Positions 1-7,032 of a stretch of DNA of 16,933 bases are shown here, in pieces. The notes beneath the pieces are model-generated. The model did not search any database. It saw only the letters and a list, made by a program, of their open reading frames with translations, and was not told the DNA's origin. Source of the stretch: an uncultured Clostridia bacterium. Lineage in GTDB: Bacteria; Bacillota; Clostridia; Christensenellales; Aristaeellaceae. Positions within the stretch are counted from its first letter, which is position 1, and every line of letters starts with the position of its first letter. Where the stretch lies: assembly GCA_937886445.1 (NCBI GenBank), contig CALGBY010000015.1, forward strand, positions 1-16,933. Reading direction: 5' to 3'. Both the position numbers and the translations under genes were made by a program.

Positions 1-1097
1 GATTTGCTTATAACTGGGCGTTAGGAAGAGAACAAGAAAATTATAAGAATGGTGGAAAATTTATATCTGATAGAGACCTGAGAAAAGAATTTACACAACT
101 AAAGAAAACGGAAGAATATGTATGGTTAAATAATATTTCAAATAATGTAACAAAACAGGCAATAAAAGACGCATGTGAAGCATATAGGGATTTCTTCAAA
201 GGAATTACAAAGTTTCCACGATTTAAGAGCAAGAAATATTCAGTACCAAAGTTCTACCAAGATAATGTAAAAATTCAGTTTACAGATACTCATGTAAAAG
301 TTGAAGGATTCGCTACTTCTAAAAAAAAGAATAAACAGAAATTAAATTGGATAAGACTTGCTGAACATGGTCGCATACCTGGTGAGAATGTGAAGTATAT
401 GAATCCACGTATTAAATATGATGGACTTAACTGGTATATAACAGTTGGGATTGAATATAAAGATTCTACCACTCTTGCAACGAATGAGGGTATTGGAATT
501 GATTTAGGAATTAAAGATTTAGCGATTTGTTCTGATAAGAATAAATATCAGAATATAAACAAAACTCAAAAAGTTAAGAAGCTAGAAAAAAGAAAACGTA
601 GGTTGCAACGTTCCATATCAAGAAGATATGAGGAAAATAAGAAAGGAGTATGTTACTGCAAAACAAGCAACATTATAAAAAGGGAAAAAGAGTTTTTAAA
701 ATTAAATCACAGACTAGCGAATATTCGTCAGGACTATTTACATGAAACTACTACTGAGATAGTGAAAACCAAACCATCTTATATAGTATTAGAAGATTTG
801 AATGTAAAAGGAATGATGAAAAACAGACATTTATCTAAAGCAGTGCAACAACAAGCATTTGGAGAATTTAGAAGACAATTAGAATACAAGTCTGCATGGA
901 ACAATATTCCACTTATCGTTGCAGATAGATTCTTTCCAAGTTCAAAATTATGTAGTTGTTGTGGAAACATAAAGAAAGATTTAAAACTTTCAGACCGTGT
1001 TTATAAGTGTGAATGTGGAAATGTAATAGATAGAGATTATCAAGCTGCTTTAAATCTTAAAATATATGGAGAAAATGTTTTAAAATCTGTATCATAA
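1..1097 (+). CDS. tnpB: IS200/IS605-family TnpB (OrfB) RNA-guided endonuclease, 5'-truncated by the window edge
   Basis: The frame of the 390..1097 ORF stays open back to nt 3 (FAYNWALGREQENYKNGGKF...PRFKSKKYS...), so the listed ORF is only the C-terminal part. RuvC-like triad is present: D in GIDLGIKDLA, E in IVLEDLNVKGM, D in VIDRDYQAALNL. Zn finger CSCCG...CECG lies between RuvC-II and RuvC-III. About 364 aa are visible, so roughly 30 N-terminal aa are probably missing. Confidence 0.9.
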   Translation, partial: FAYNWALGREQENYKNGGKFISDRDLRKEFTQLKKTEEYVWLNNISNNVTKQAIKDACEAYRDFFKGITKFPRFKSKKYSVPKFYQDNVKIQFTDTHVKVEGFATSKKKNKQKLNWIRLAEHGRIPGENVKYMNPRIKYDGLNWYITVGIEYKDSTTLATNEGIGIDLGIKDLAICSDKNKYQNINKTQKVKKLEKRKRRLQRSISRRYEENKKGVCYCKTSNIIKREKEFLKLNHRLANIRQDYLHETTTEIVKTKPSYIVLEDLNVKGMMKNRHLSKAVQQQAFGEFRRQLEYKSAWNNIPLIVADRFFPSSKLCSCCGNIKKDLKLSDRVYKCECGNVIDRDYQAALNLKIYGENVLKSVS

Positions 1098-1255
1098 CAC
1101 TTTCAAGTTAATACAGATATGTACGGATACGTTAGTCCGGAATTCACGCCTATGGAGTGTACATGAACTTGTGAGTAGATTTTATATCGAAAGCATACAC
1201 GTTGAAATAGGAATGAAACATAAAAGTTTATAACTTTTTATAAGTTTTCAGTAAC
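1..1255 (+). mobile_element. Right part of an IS200/IS605-family (TnpB-bearing) element. The right-end boundary is approximate.
   Basis: AT-rich (about 1/3 GC) tnpB plus about 160 nt of AT-rich 3' flank (1098..~1255), where the TnpB omega/reRNA scaffold and subterminal right end are expected. Composition switches to high GC near 1255-1265. No tnpA in view. Confidence 0.6.
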
Positions 1256-1267
1256 GACTTTTCCACA

Positions 1268-1306
1268 GCGAACGGCTGCGAGTTTAAGGCGAACGGCTGC
1301 GAGTTT
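1268..1306. repeat. Perfect tandem direct repeat GCGAACGGCTGCGAGTTT x2, 21-bp period
   Basis: Identical 18-mers at 1268..1285 and 1289..1306, separated by AAG. Located 52-90 nt upstream of the 1358 start codon, between the IS end and the operon RBS. Confidence 0.9.
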
Positions 1307-1357
1307 TCATGGTTGTACGGAAGAAATTTGATAAAAACCTTAAGGAGGATTATATAA

Positions 1358-2539
1358 ATGACGAAAATTGATGTATTTTCAGGCTTCCTTGGCGCAGGAA
1401 AGACAACGCTTATCAAAAAACTTATCGATGAAGCCTTCAAAGGCGAGAAGATAGTTCTTATTGAAAACGAGTTCGGTGAGATCGGTATCGACGGCGGCTT
1501 CATGAAGGAGGCCGGGATCCAGGTGACGGAGATGAACTCCGGCTGTATCTGCTGCTCTCTGGTGGGAGATTTCGGCGAGGCTCTGCAGAAGGTGCTTGAT
1601 ACCTATCAGCCGGACCGTATCCTGATCGAGCCCTCGGGCGTGGGCAAGCTGAGCGATGTAGTGCGCGCGGCTTCCGCCGTGTGCTGCGATACCTGTGTGA
1701 TCGGCGCGCTTGTGGCCGTTGTGGATGCCGGCAAGTGCAAGATGTACGCGAAGAACTTCGGTGAGTTTTTCATCAACCAGATCGAGCATGCCGCTACCGT
1801 GATCCTTTCCCGTACCGATATCGCTTCCCAGCAGAAGATCGATGACTGCGTAGCGCTGATCCGTGAACACAATCAGAACGCGATCGTGATCACCACGCCC
1901 ATGAATGAGCTGAACGGCAGGCAGATCCTGGACGCGATGGAAAAGAAGGACACGCTGGAAAAGGGCATTGAGCTGCTGAAGGCGGAGTTCTCGGCTGATG
2001 ATGACGATGACGAATGCGACGATCCCGACTGCGAATGCCATCACCATCACCACCATCATCATCATGACGGCGAATGCGATGACCCGGAGTGCGAATGCCA
2101 TCATCACCATGATGAGGACGACGAAGATGATGAGGATGAGCACGAGCACCATCACCACCACCATCATGACGGCGAATGCGATGACCCGGAGTGCGAATGC
2201 CACCATCACCATGAAGGCGAAGAAGGACACGCACACCATCATCACCATCACCACCATCATGCCGATGAGGTATTCACCAGCTGGGGCACCGAAACGCCCC
2301 GCAGGTTTACCGAGGACGGCCTGAAGGCGATGCTGGACAGCCTTTCCGACAGTGAGGCTTACGGCGTGATCCTGCGCGCAAAGGGCATCGTGCCCGCGCA
2401 GGAGGGTGCGTGGATCCACTTTGACTATACCCCGGGTGAGAGCGATATCCGCCGCGGCACCGCTGAGGTGACAGGCCGCCTGTGTGTGATCGGCTCTAAG
2501 CTGAATGAGGACGCGCTGAAGGCGCTGTTTGGAGTGTAA
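1358..2539 (+). CDS. COG0523 (CobW/ZigA/YeiR-like) G3E-family GTPase metallochaperone with a giant His/Cys/Asp-rich linker
   Basis: RBS AAGGAGG at 1341-1347. Walker A GFLGAGKTT, ENEFGE, hallmark CxCC motif (GCICCS), LIEPSG, SRTD, and a CobW_C-like C-terminal domain. The linker holds 35 His and 9 Cys. Confidence 0.9.
   Translation: MTKIDVFSGFLGAGKTTLIKKLIDEAFKGEKIVLIENEFGEIGIDGGFMKEAGIQVTEMNSGCICCSLVGDFGEALQKVLDTYQPDRILIEPSGVGKLSDVVRAASAVCCDTCVIGALVAVVDAGKCKMYAKNFGEFFINQIEHAATVILSRTDIASQQKIDDCVALIREHNQNAIVITTPMNELNGRQILDAMEKKDTLEKGIELLKAEFSADDDDDECDDPDCECHHHHHHHHHDGECDDPECECHHHHDEDDEDDEDEHEHHHHHHHDGECDDPECECHHHHEGEEGHAHHHHHHHHHADEVFTSWGTETPRRFTEDGLKAMLDSLSDSEAYGVILRAKGIVPAQEGAWIHFDYTPGESDIRRGTAEVTGRLCVIGSKLNEDALKALFGV
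2009..2214 (+). repeat. In-frame intragenic repeats encoding three ECDDP(D/E)CECHHHH modules
   Basis: 53-nt copies at 2060..2112 and 2162..2214 differ at one base (2101 t vs 2203 c), with a 102-nt (34-codon) period. A more diverged third copy lies at 2009..2050. Confidence 0.85.
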
Positions 2540-2540
2540 G

Positions 2541-3497
2541 ATGGCTGAACAGAAAATGATCCCGGTGTATCTGTTTACCGGTTTTCTGGAATCCGGAAAG
2601 ACGACCTTTATCCAGTCTACTTTGGAGGATAAACGCTTCAACGAGGGTCAGAAAACGCTGCTGATCTGCTGCGAGGAGGGCGAGGAGGAATATGACCTTT
2701 CCGCCTTCAGCGGCAATAATGTGTTTCTGCGTACACTGGAGGAGGAAGAGGATTTCACACCCGACAGGATCGCCGCATGGGTAAAGGAAACAAAGGCCGA
2801 GAGGATCATGCTGGAGCTGAACGGCATGTGGTCCGTGCAGACGGTGGATGACAACCTGCCTGATGACTGTGCCGTGGCGCAGGAGATCACCTTTGCGGAT
2901 GTGAATACCTATACCGTGTACAATGCCAATATGCGCAACCTTGTGTACGATAAGCTGAAGCGCTGCAATGTTGTGGAGTTCAACCGCTGCACGGATAAGA
3001 CCGATACGGATGCTCTGCACAAGATCGTTCGCCAGTCCAACCGGCGCTGCAATATTTTTTATGAATATACCGACGGCCGCAGCGTGATGGATGAAAAGCA
3101 GGATCCGCTTCCCTTTGATGTCAATGCCCCTGTTGTGACCGTTGAAGACCGTGATTTTGCCTATTTCTTCGCGGATCTGATGGAAAACAGCAACGATTGG
3201 GAGAAGAAGACCGTGCAGTTCACGGCACTGTATCCCAGAGAGGGCAAGGTGCTTCCCGACGGCATGTTCATTGCCGGCAGGATGCTGATGAACTGCTGTG
3301 CCGCGGATACCCAGTTTGCGGGCCTTGTGTGCTACTGCTCCAAAGGCGCCTGTCCCGCCCGCGGTTCATGGATGACCCTGAAGGGAAAGATCCGCCTGCA
3401 GCGCAACCACCTTTTCGGAGGCAAGGTGCCGGTGATCGATATGATCTCCTGCGAAAAGCACGATGCTCCCGAGGATGAAGTAGCCACATTCTACTGA
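2541..3497 (+). CDS. Divergent COG0523-like P-loop paralogue lacking CxCC, with a C-terminal Cys-rich CCxxD domain (resembles DUF1980/TIGR03943 C-terminal domain)
   Basis: ATG 2541 lies 1 nt after the upstream TAA, with GGAG at 2531-2534. The TTG 2529 start in the ORF track is less likely. P-loop GFLESGKTT is intact. ICCEEGEEE replaces ENEFGE, and LELNGMW aligns where LIEPSG sits in the paralogue. There is no CxCC. C-terminus: FIAGRMLMNCCAADTQFAGLVCYCSKGACP. Confidence 0.8.
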   Translation: MAEQKMIPVYLFTGFLESGKTTFIQSTLEDKRFNEGQKTLLICCEEGEEEYDLSAFSGNNVFLRTLEEEEDFTPDRIAAWVKETKAERIMLELNGMWSVQTVDDNLPDDCAVAQEITFADVNTYTVYNANMRNLVYDKLKRCNVVEFNRCTDKTDTDALHKIVRQSNRRCNIFYEYTDGRSVMDEKQDPLPFDVNAPVVTVEDRDFAYFFADLMENSNDWEKKTVQFTALYPREGKVLPDGMFIAGRMLMNCCAADTQFAGLVCYCSKGACPARGSWMTLKGKIRLQRNHLFGGKVPVIDMISCEKHDAPEDEVATFY

Positions 3498-3525
3498 TCC
3501 GCCGGAATAGCATAAAGCAAAAACA

Positions 3526-3572
3526 AAAAGCACTTTTCCCGCGTTTTGCCGCCGGGAAAGGTGCTTTTCTTT
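3526..3572. terminator. Bidirectional intrinsic terminator between convergent genes
   Basis: A-run, then stem GCACTTTTCCCG / CGGGAAAGGTGC (one G-U pair), then TTTTCTTT. Confidence 0.7.
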
Positions 3573-3637
3573 ATCCGCCGGAAGCATTCGGGCAGGCGGA
3601 GGTACCCTGATGGATGATCATGTACCGGATATAAATG

Positions 3638-3671
3638 ATCCCCGCCATGCCGCATACGGCACAGCGGGGAT
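3638..3671 (-). terminator. Strong GC hairpin just downstream of the NhaC-family gene (possible terminator)
   Basis: ATCCCCGC..TGCCG-CATA-CGGCA..GCGGGGAT, i.e. 8 bp + 2x2 internal loop + 5 bp. On the minus strand it is followed by only a moderately U-rich CAUUUAUAU. Confidence 0.4.
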
Positions 3672-3695
3672 TTGAAACCGGAAGTACGCGGGTGC

Positions 3696-5309
3696 TTACG
3701 CCTGCGCGGTCTTCTGACGGCGAAGCAGCTTGATCACAATGAGCACGGCGGCCATCAGCGCGCAGGAGACGGGAAGGGAGATATACCAGTTCGGCACAAA
3801 GCCGGCGATGACGTAGCACACGAAGCTGACGGCGGCTACGGTAAGGGCGTAGGGCAGCTGGGTGGAAACATGCGTCACATGGTCGCACTGGGCGCCCGCG
3901 GAGGCCATGATCGTGGTATCGGAAATGGGGGAACAGTGGTCGCCGCATACGGCGCCGGCCATGCAGGCGGATACGCACACCACGCCAAGCGGATCGGTAA
4001 GCGGGAATACGCCCAGCGTGATGGGGATCAGGATGCCGAAGGTACCCCAGGAAGTACCGGTGGCAAAGGAGAGGCCGCACGCGATCAGGAATATGATGGC
4101 GGGCAGGAAGGACATAAAGCTGCCGGCGGAACTCTTTACGAGCTGCTCCACATATTCCTTCGCACCGAGGGAATCGGTCATCGCCTTCAGCGTCCAGGCG
4201 AAGGTGAGGATGAGGATGGCGGGCACCATGGATTTAAAGCCTTCGGGAATACCGGCCATCATTTCCTTGAAGGAAAGCACGCGGCGGATGAGATAGTAGA
4301 TCACAGTAATGACCAGTGTAACGGTGGAGCCCAGCATCAGGCCTACAGAGGCATCGGCGTCAGAGAAGGCGGAGATGAAATCCTTCCCCTCAAAGAAGTC
4401 GCCGGAATACACCATGCCGATCACGCAGCAGATGATCAGGATCACAACGGGCAGGATCAGGTCAAGCACGCGGCCTTTGGGATTGGCTTTTTCTTCGGCT
4501 TCGGCGGCGTAGGCCTTCATGCCGGAAAAGATATCTCCCTTTTCTTTCGCGTTGCGCTCATGTGTTGCCATCGGGCCCCAGTCCATTTTGAACACGGCCA
4601 GCAGGATCATTGTCAGGATGGTGAGCCAGGCATAGAAGTTGAAGGGAATGGCCTTGATGAACAGGTCAAAGCCGTTGCCCTCGGTAACAAAGCCGGATAC
4701 GGCAGCCGCCCATGAGGAGACCGGCGCGATGATGCAGATGGGTGCGGCGGTGGCATCGATCAGATAGGCCAGCTTGGCACGGGATACATGCGACTTGTCG
4801 CATACCGGACGCATCACGCTGCCCACGGTAAGGCAGTTGAAATAGTCATCGATGAAGATCAGCACGCCCAGCGCGACGGTGGCCAGCTGAGCGCCCAGAC
4901 GGGTCTTGATATGCTTGTTTGCCCAGCGGCCGAACGCGGCGCTGCCGCCGGCCTTATTCATCAGCACGACCATGATGCCCAGAATGACCAGGAACACCAG
5001 GATGCCCATGTTGTAGGAATCCGACAGTGAACCTACGATGCCGTCCCTGAGCACATGGTTGAGCGTGCCCTCAAAGCTGAAATTGGAATACATGAGGCCG
5101 CCTGCCACGATGCCGATGAAAAGGGAGGAGTATACCTCCTTGGTGATCAGGGCGAGGCCGATGGCGATCACGGGCGGAAGCAGAGACCAGACAGTTTGAT
5201 AGAAGGGGCCGCCGGCGCTTTCTTCAGCGCCGTCCGCCAGCGCGGGCAGGGCGCACATCAGGATGAGCACCGCCGCGGCAATGAGGATGAACATTTTTTT
5301 GTTACGCAT
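3696..5309 (-). CDS. NhaC-family (TC 2.A.35, COG1757) membrane transporter; candidate lysine transporter of the L-box-regulated 'lysW' type
   Basis: Start ATG at 5309 (MRNKKMFILIAA...) with AAGGAG 8 nt upstream. The 30-codon extension to 5399 would run into the riboswitch terminator. Family motif IFIDDYFNCLTVGSVMRP...SRAKLAYLIDATAAP and many TM segments. Confidence 0.9.
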   Translation of the reverse strand: MRNKKMFILIAAAVLILMCALPALADGAEESAGGPFYQTVWSLLPPVIAIGLALITKEVYSSLFIGIVAGGLMYSNFSFEGTLNHVLRDGIVGSLSDSYNMGILVFLVILGIMVVLMNKAGGSAAFGRWANKHIKTRLGAQLATVALGVLIFIDDYFNCLTVGSVMRPVCDKSHVSRAKLAYLIDATAAPICIIAPVSSWAAAVSGFVTEGNGFDLFIKAIPFNFYAWLTILTMILLAVFKMDWGPMATHERNAKEKGDIFSGMKAYAAEAEEKANPKGRVLDLILPVVILIICCVIGMVYSGDFFEGKDFISAFSDADASVGLMLGSTVTLVITVIYYLIRRVLSFKEMMAGIPEGFKSMVPAILILTFAWTLKAMTDSLGAKEYVEQLVKSSAGSFMSFLPAIIFLIACGLSFATGTSWGTFGILIPITLGVFPLTDPLGVVCVSACMAGAVCGDHCSPISDTTIMASAGAQCDHVTHVSTQLPYALTVAAVSFVCYVIAGFVPNWYISLPVSCALMAAVLIVIKLLRRQKTAQA

Positions 5310-5349
5310 AGTATCGCTCCTTTTTCCCGCGCCGGGCGGGAATGATGAG

Positions 5350-5387
5350 ACAAAAGAAAACGGGGGCTGTGATCTGTCACAGCTCCC
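5350..5387 (-). terminator. Intrinsic terminator of the L-box expression platform
   Basis: Minus strand GGGAGCUGUGA-CAGA-UCACAGCCCCC (10 of 11 bp) followed by GUUUUCUUUUG. UGACAG within it is complementary to the P1 3' strand CUGUCA, a plausible antiterminator. Confidence 0.75.
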
Positions 5388-5580
5388 GCGGAAATCCACC
5401 GTTCAGGGCCTGACAGCTCTCCGTCCGCTTTACGGACGACAGTCCGCCGGATCTTATCCGGCGGCCCGGCAATGCTCCCGTAAGGCCCGGGAAGCACCCC
5501 TCGGCCGAAACCCCTTTCCCGCTGTCCCGATGCCTTTTGTGAACAGGGTAATCTTGTTTCCGGCGCCTCTATCACGCGCG
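5350..5580 (-). promoter_or_regulatory. Lysine riboswitch (L-box): aptamer about 5411..5574 plus terminator expression platform
   Basis: Minus-strand RNA reads GAUAGAGGCGCC...CAAGAUUA...GGGAAAGGGG...GGCCGAGG...ACUGUCGUCCG-UAAAG-CGGACGGAGAGCUGUCA. This matches the conserved L-box blocks (AGAGGYGC, GAAAGGGG, GCCGARG, ACUGUC-hairpin-GGAGAGC) of the B. subtilis lysC and T. maritima elements. P1 is UGAUAG/CUGUCA. Confidence 0.85.
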
Positions 5581-5598
5581 TTTTCACTTGTCGTGTGC

Positions 5599-5627
5599 AT
5601 TATAAGGCAGTACATCCCTTTCGTCAA
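5599..5627 (-). promoter_or_regulatory. SigA-type promoter for the L-box/NhaC transcript
   Basis: Minus strand TTGACG - 17 nt - TATAAT, about 20 nt upstream of the aptamer P1. Confidence 0.65.
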
Positions 5628-5694
5628 GAAAAACAGCTCCGAAATACGCTGCTTTACATGCTTTTTGCTGTATTTTTGCTGTTTTCAGCTCTGT

Positions 5695-5723
5695 TTGTAC
5701 TAAATCCGTTTTTGTGGTATACT
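5695..5723 (+). promoter_or_regulatory. SigA-type promoter for the acyltransferase operon
   Basis: TTGTAC - 17 nt - TATACT, about 30 nt upstream of ATG 5755. Confidence 0.55.
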
Positions 5724-5754
5724 GACTGTGTACGGATGCGAAAGGAGGGATGGC

Positions 5755-7032
5755 ATGAAGAAGAAATGGTTCCGGCTGGATAACGCCGCGAAGATCTATC
5801 CGGCTGCCGCGAGCAGGACATGGAGCAGCGTGTTCCGCCTTTCCGCCGAAACGGACGCGGAGGCTGATGCGTCTGTGCTGCAAAAAGCGCTTGATGATGT
5901 GATCCTGCGTTTTCCCACCGTCAACCTGCGTATCAAGACCGGCTTTTTCTGGATGTATCTGGAGGAAGTGCAGCAGCCTGTAACGGTGAGAGAGGACAGC
6001 GGCCATCCCTGCCTTCGCTTTCACCCGGGGGAGGATCATGGGCATCTTCTGCGCGTGAGCGTATACAGAAACAGGATCAATGTGGAAATGTCCCACTGCC
6101 TTACCGACGGCGCGGGGGCGCTTGTGTTTATGAAAACGCTGCTGGCGAGGTACTTTGAACTGAAGGGAGAGAAGGTGCTTTACGATCACGGCGCGCTTTC
6201 GCTTTGCGACGCGCCGTCCGCCGAAGAAGCGGAGGATACTTTTCTGAATATGCCTCTGCCTCCTGTGCGCGGAAAGCGTACTCTGGGCACTGCCTTCCAC
6301 TATCCCGGAAAAAAGGACGCGCCGCATACGCTTCGCCTGATCTCCGCAAGGCTTGACCCGGAACAATTGCGCGCGAAGGCGAAGGAGGCCGGCGTTTCGA
6401 TCAATGACTACCTGACCGCCGTGTTTATATACTGCGGCTGCCGTTATCAGGAGGAGCACATCCCAAATAGAAAACGGATGCTCCCGGTACGCATACAGGT
6501 TCCGGTCAACCTGCGTTCTCTGTATCCATCGCGTACGCTGCGCAATTTTTCCTATTTCGTTTCCCCGGAGGCCGATCCGAGGCTGGGCAAATATACCTTT
6601 GAAGAGATATTGAAGAAGACTAACGCGTATATACGGTATTATTCAGACCCCAAAATGCTTTTTGCCTGTGTATCCGGCAATGTTCGGGATGAAAAAAATC
6701 TGCTTTTGCGCCTGACGCCCTTCCCGCTCAAAAGGGCGATCATCTCTCTGGTATACCGTGTGATGGGAGACCGTACCGAAACGGCGGATTTTTCAAATCT
6801 GGGCAGGGTGGAGCTTCCCACCGGTGTACAGGAGCATGTGACTGAGATGGAAGCGGTGATGGGAGCGTCGCTGACACCGTATTGTGACGCCGCGCTGATC
6901 ACCTGTTCCGGCGTTGCGAGACTGACATTCACGCGCAATATGAAGGAAGCGGATATGGCCAGAGAGGTGCTGAGCTTTCTTGCGGAAAAGGGTATTTCCG
7001 TTACCGTGCGCAGCAACAGGGAGGATGAATGA
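5755..7032 (+). CDS. Condensation-domain-like HxxxD acyltransferase (COG4908 / 'alcohol acetyltransferase'-like)
   Basis: ATG 5755 (MKKKWFRLDNAAKIYPAA) with AAAGGAGGG at 5741-5749. Catalytic-type motif HCLTDG (HxxxDG) and a C-terminal DFSNLG motif. Confidence 0.8.
   Translation: MKKKWFRLDNAAKIYPAAASRTWSSVFRLSAETDAEADASVLQKALDDVILRFPTVNLRIKTGFFWMYLEEVQQPVTVREDSGHPCLRFHPGEDHGHLLRVSVYRNRINVEMSHCLTDGAGALVFMKTLLARYFELKGEKVLYDHGALSLCDAPSAEEAEDTFLNMPLPPVRGKRTLGTAFHYPGKKDAPHTLRLISARLDPEQLRAKAKEAGVSINDYLTAVFIYCGCRYQEEHIPNRKRMLPVRIQVPVNLRSLYPSRTLRNFSYFVSPEADPRLGKYTFEEILKKTNAYIRYYSDPKMLFACVSGNVRDEKNLLLRLTPFPLKRAIISLVYRVMGDRTETADFSNLGRVELPTGVQEHVTEMEAVMGASLTPYCDAALITCSGVARLTFTRNMKEADMAREVLSFLAEKGISVTVRSNREDE

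Noticed and set aside
1222-1250. AAAAGTT-TAT-AACTTTT hairpin followed by a T-rich run as a terminator for tnpB
   Set aside because: The stem is AT-only, 7 bp and very weak. It may equally be part of the IS right-end or omega-RNA scaffold. The evidence is not enough to call a terminator.
1230-1357. Zur box, or a cobalamin or NiCo riboswitch, upstream of the CobW-like operon
   Set aside because: I found no AT-rich palindrome of the TCGTAAT-N-ATTACGA type and no conserved B12-box or czcD-motif features by eye. The 'CobW' family name alone does not imply B12 biosynthesis. A profile search (Rfam, Zur PWM) would be needed to exclude them fully.
1379-2641. 420-aa minus-strand ORF, plus the 1998..2324 and 1890..2234 ORFs overlapping the COG0523 gene
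   Set aside because: These are antisense or alternative-frame read-throughs of a GC-rich, repeat-rich gene. The translations are low-complexity (MVVM, TIT and RRH runs), with no RBS and no recognisable motifs. The plus-frame product has clear G3E motifs.
3672-4715. 347-aa plus-strand ORF (and 3862..4296, 4788..5030, 5055..5345) opposite the NhaC-family gene
   Set aside because: These are typical long antisense ORFs of high-GC DNA, rich in Gly/His/Asp/Ala with no domains. The minus-strand product has strong family motifs, an RBS and a riboswitch leader.
5310-5399. N-terminal 30-codon extension of the NhaC-family ORF (start at 5399)
   Set aside because: The extension would be translated through the riboswitch terminator. 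The internal ATG at 5309 has a proper AAGGAG and is followed by a typical Lys-rich/hydrophobic N-terminus.
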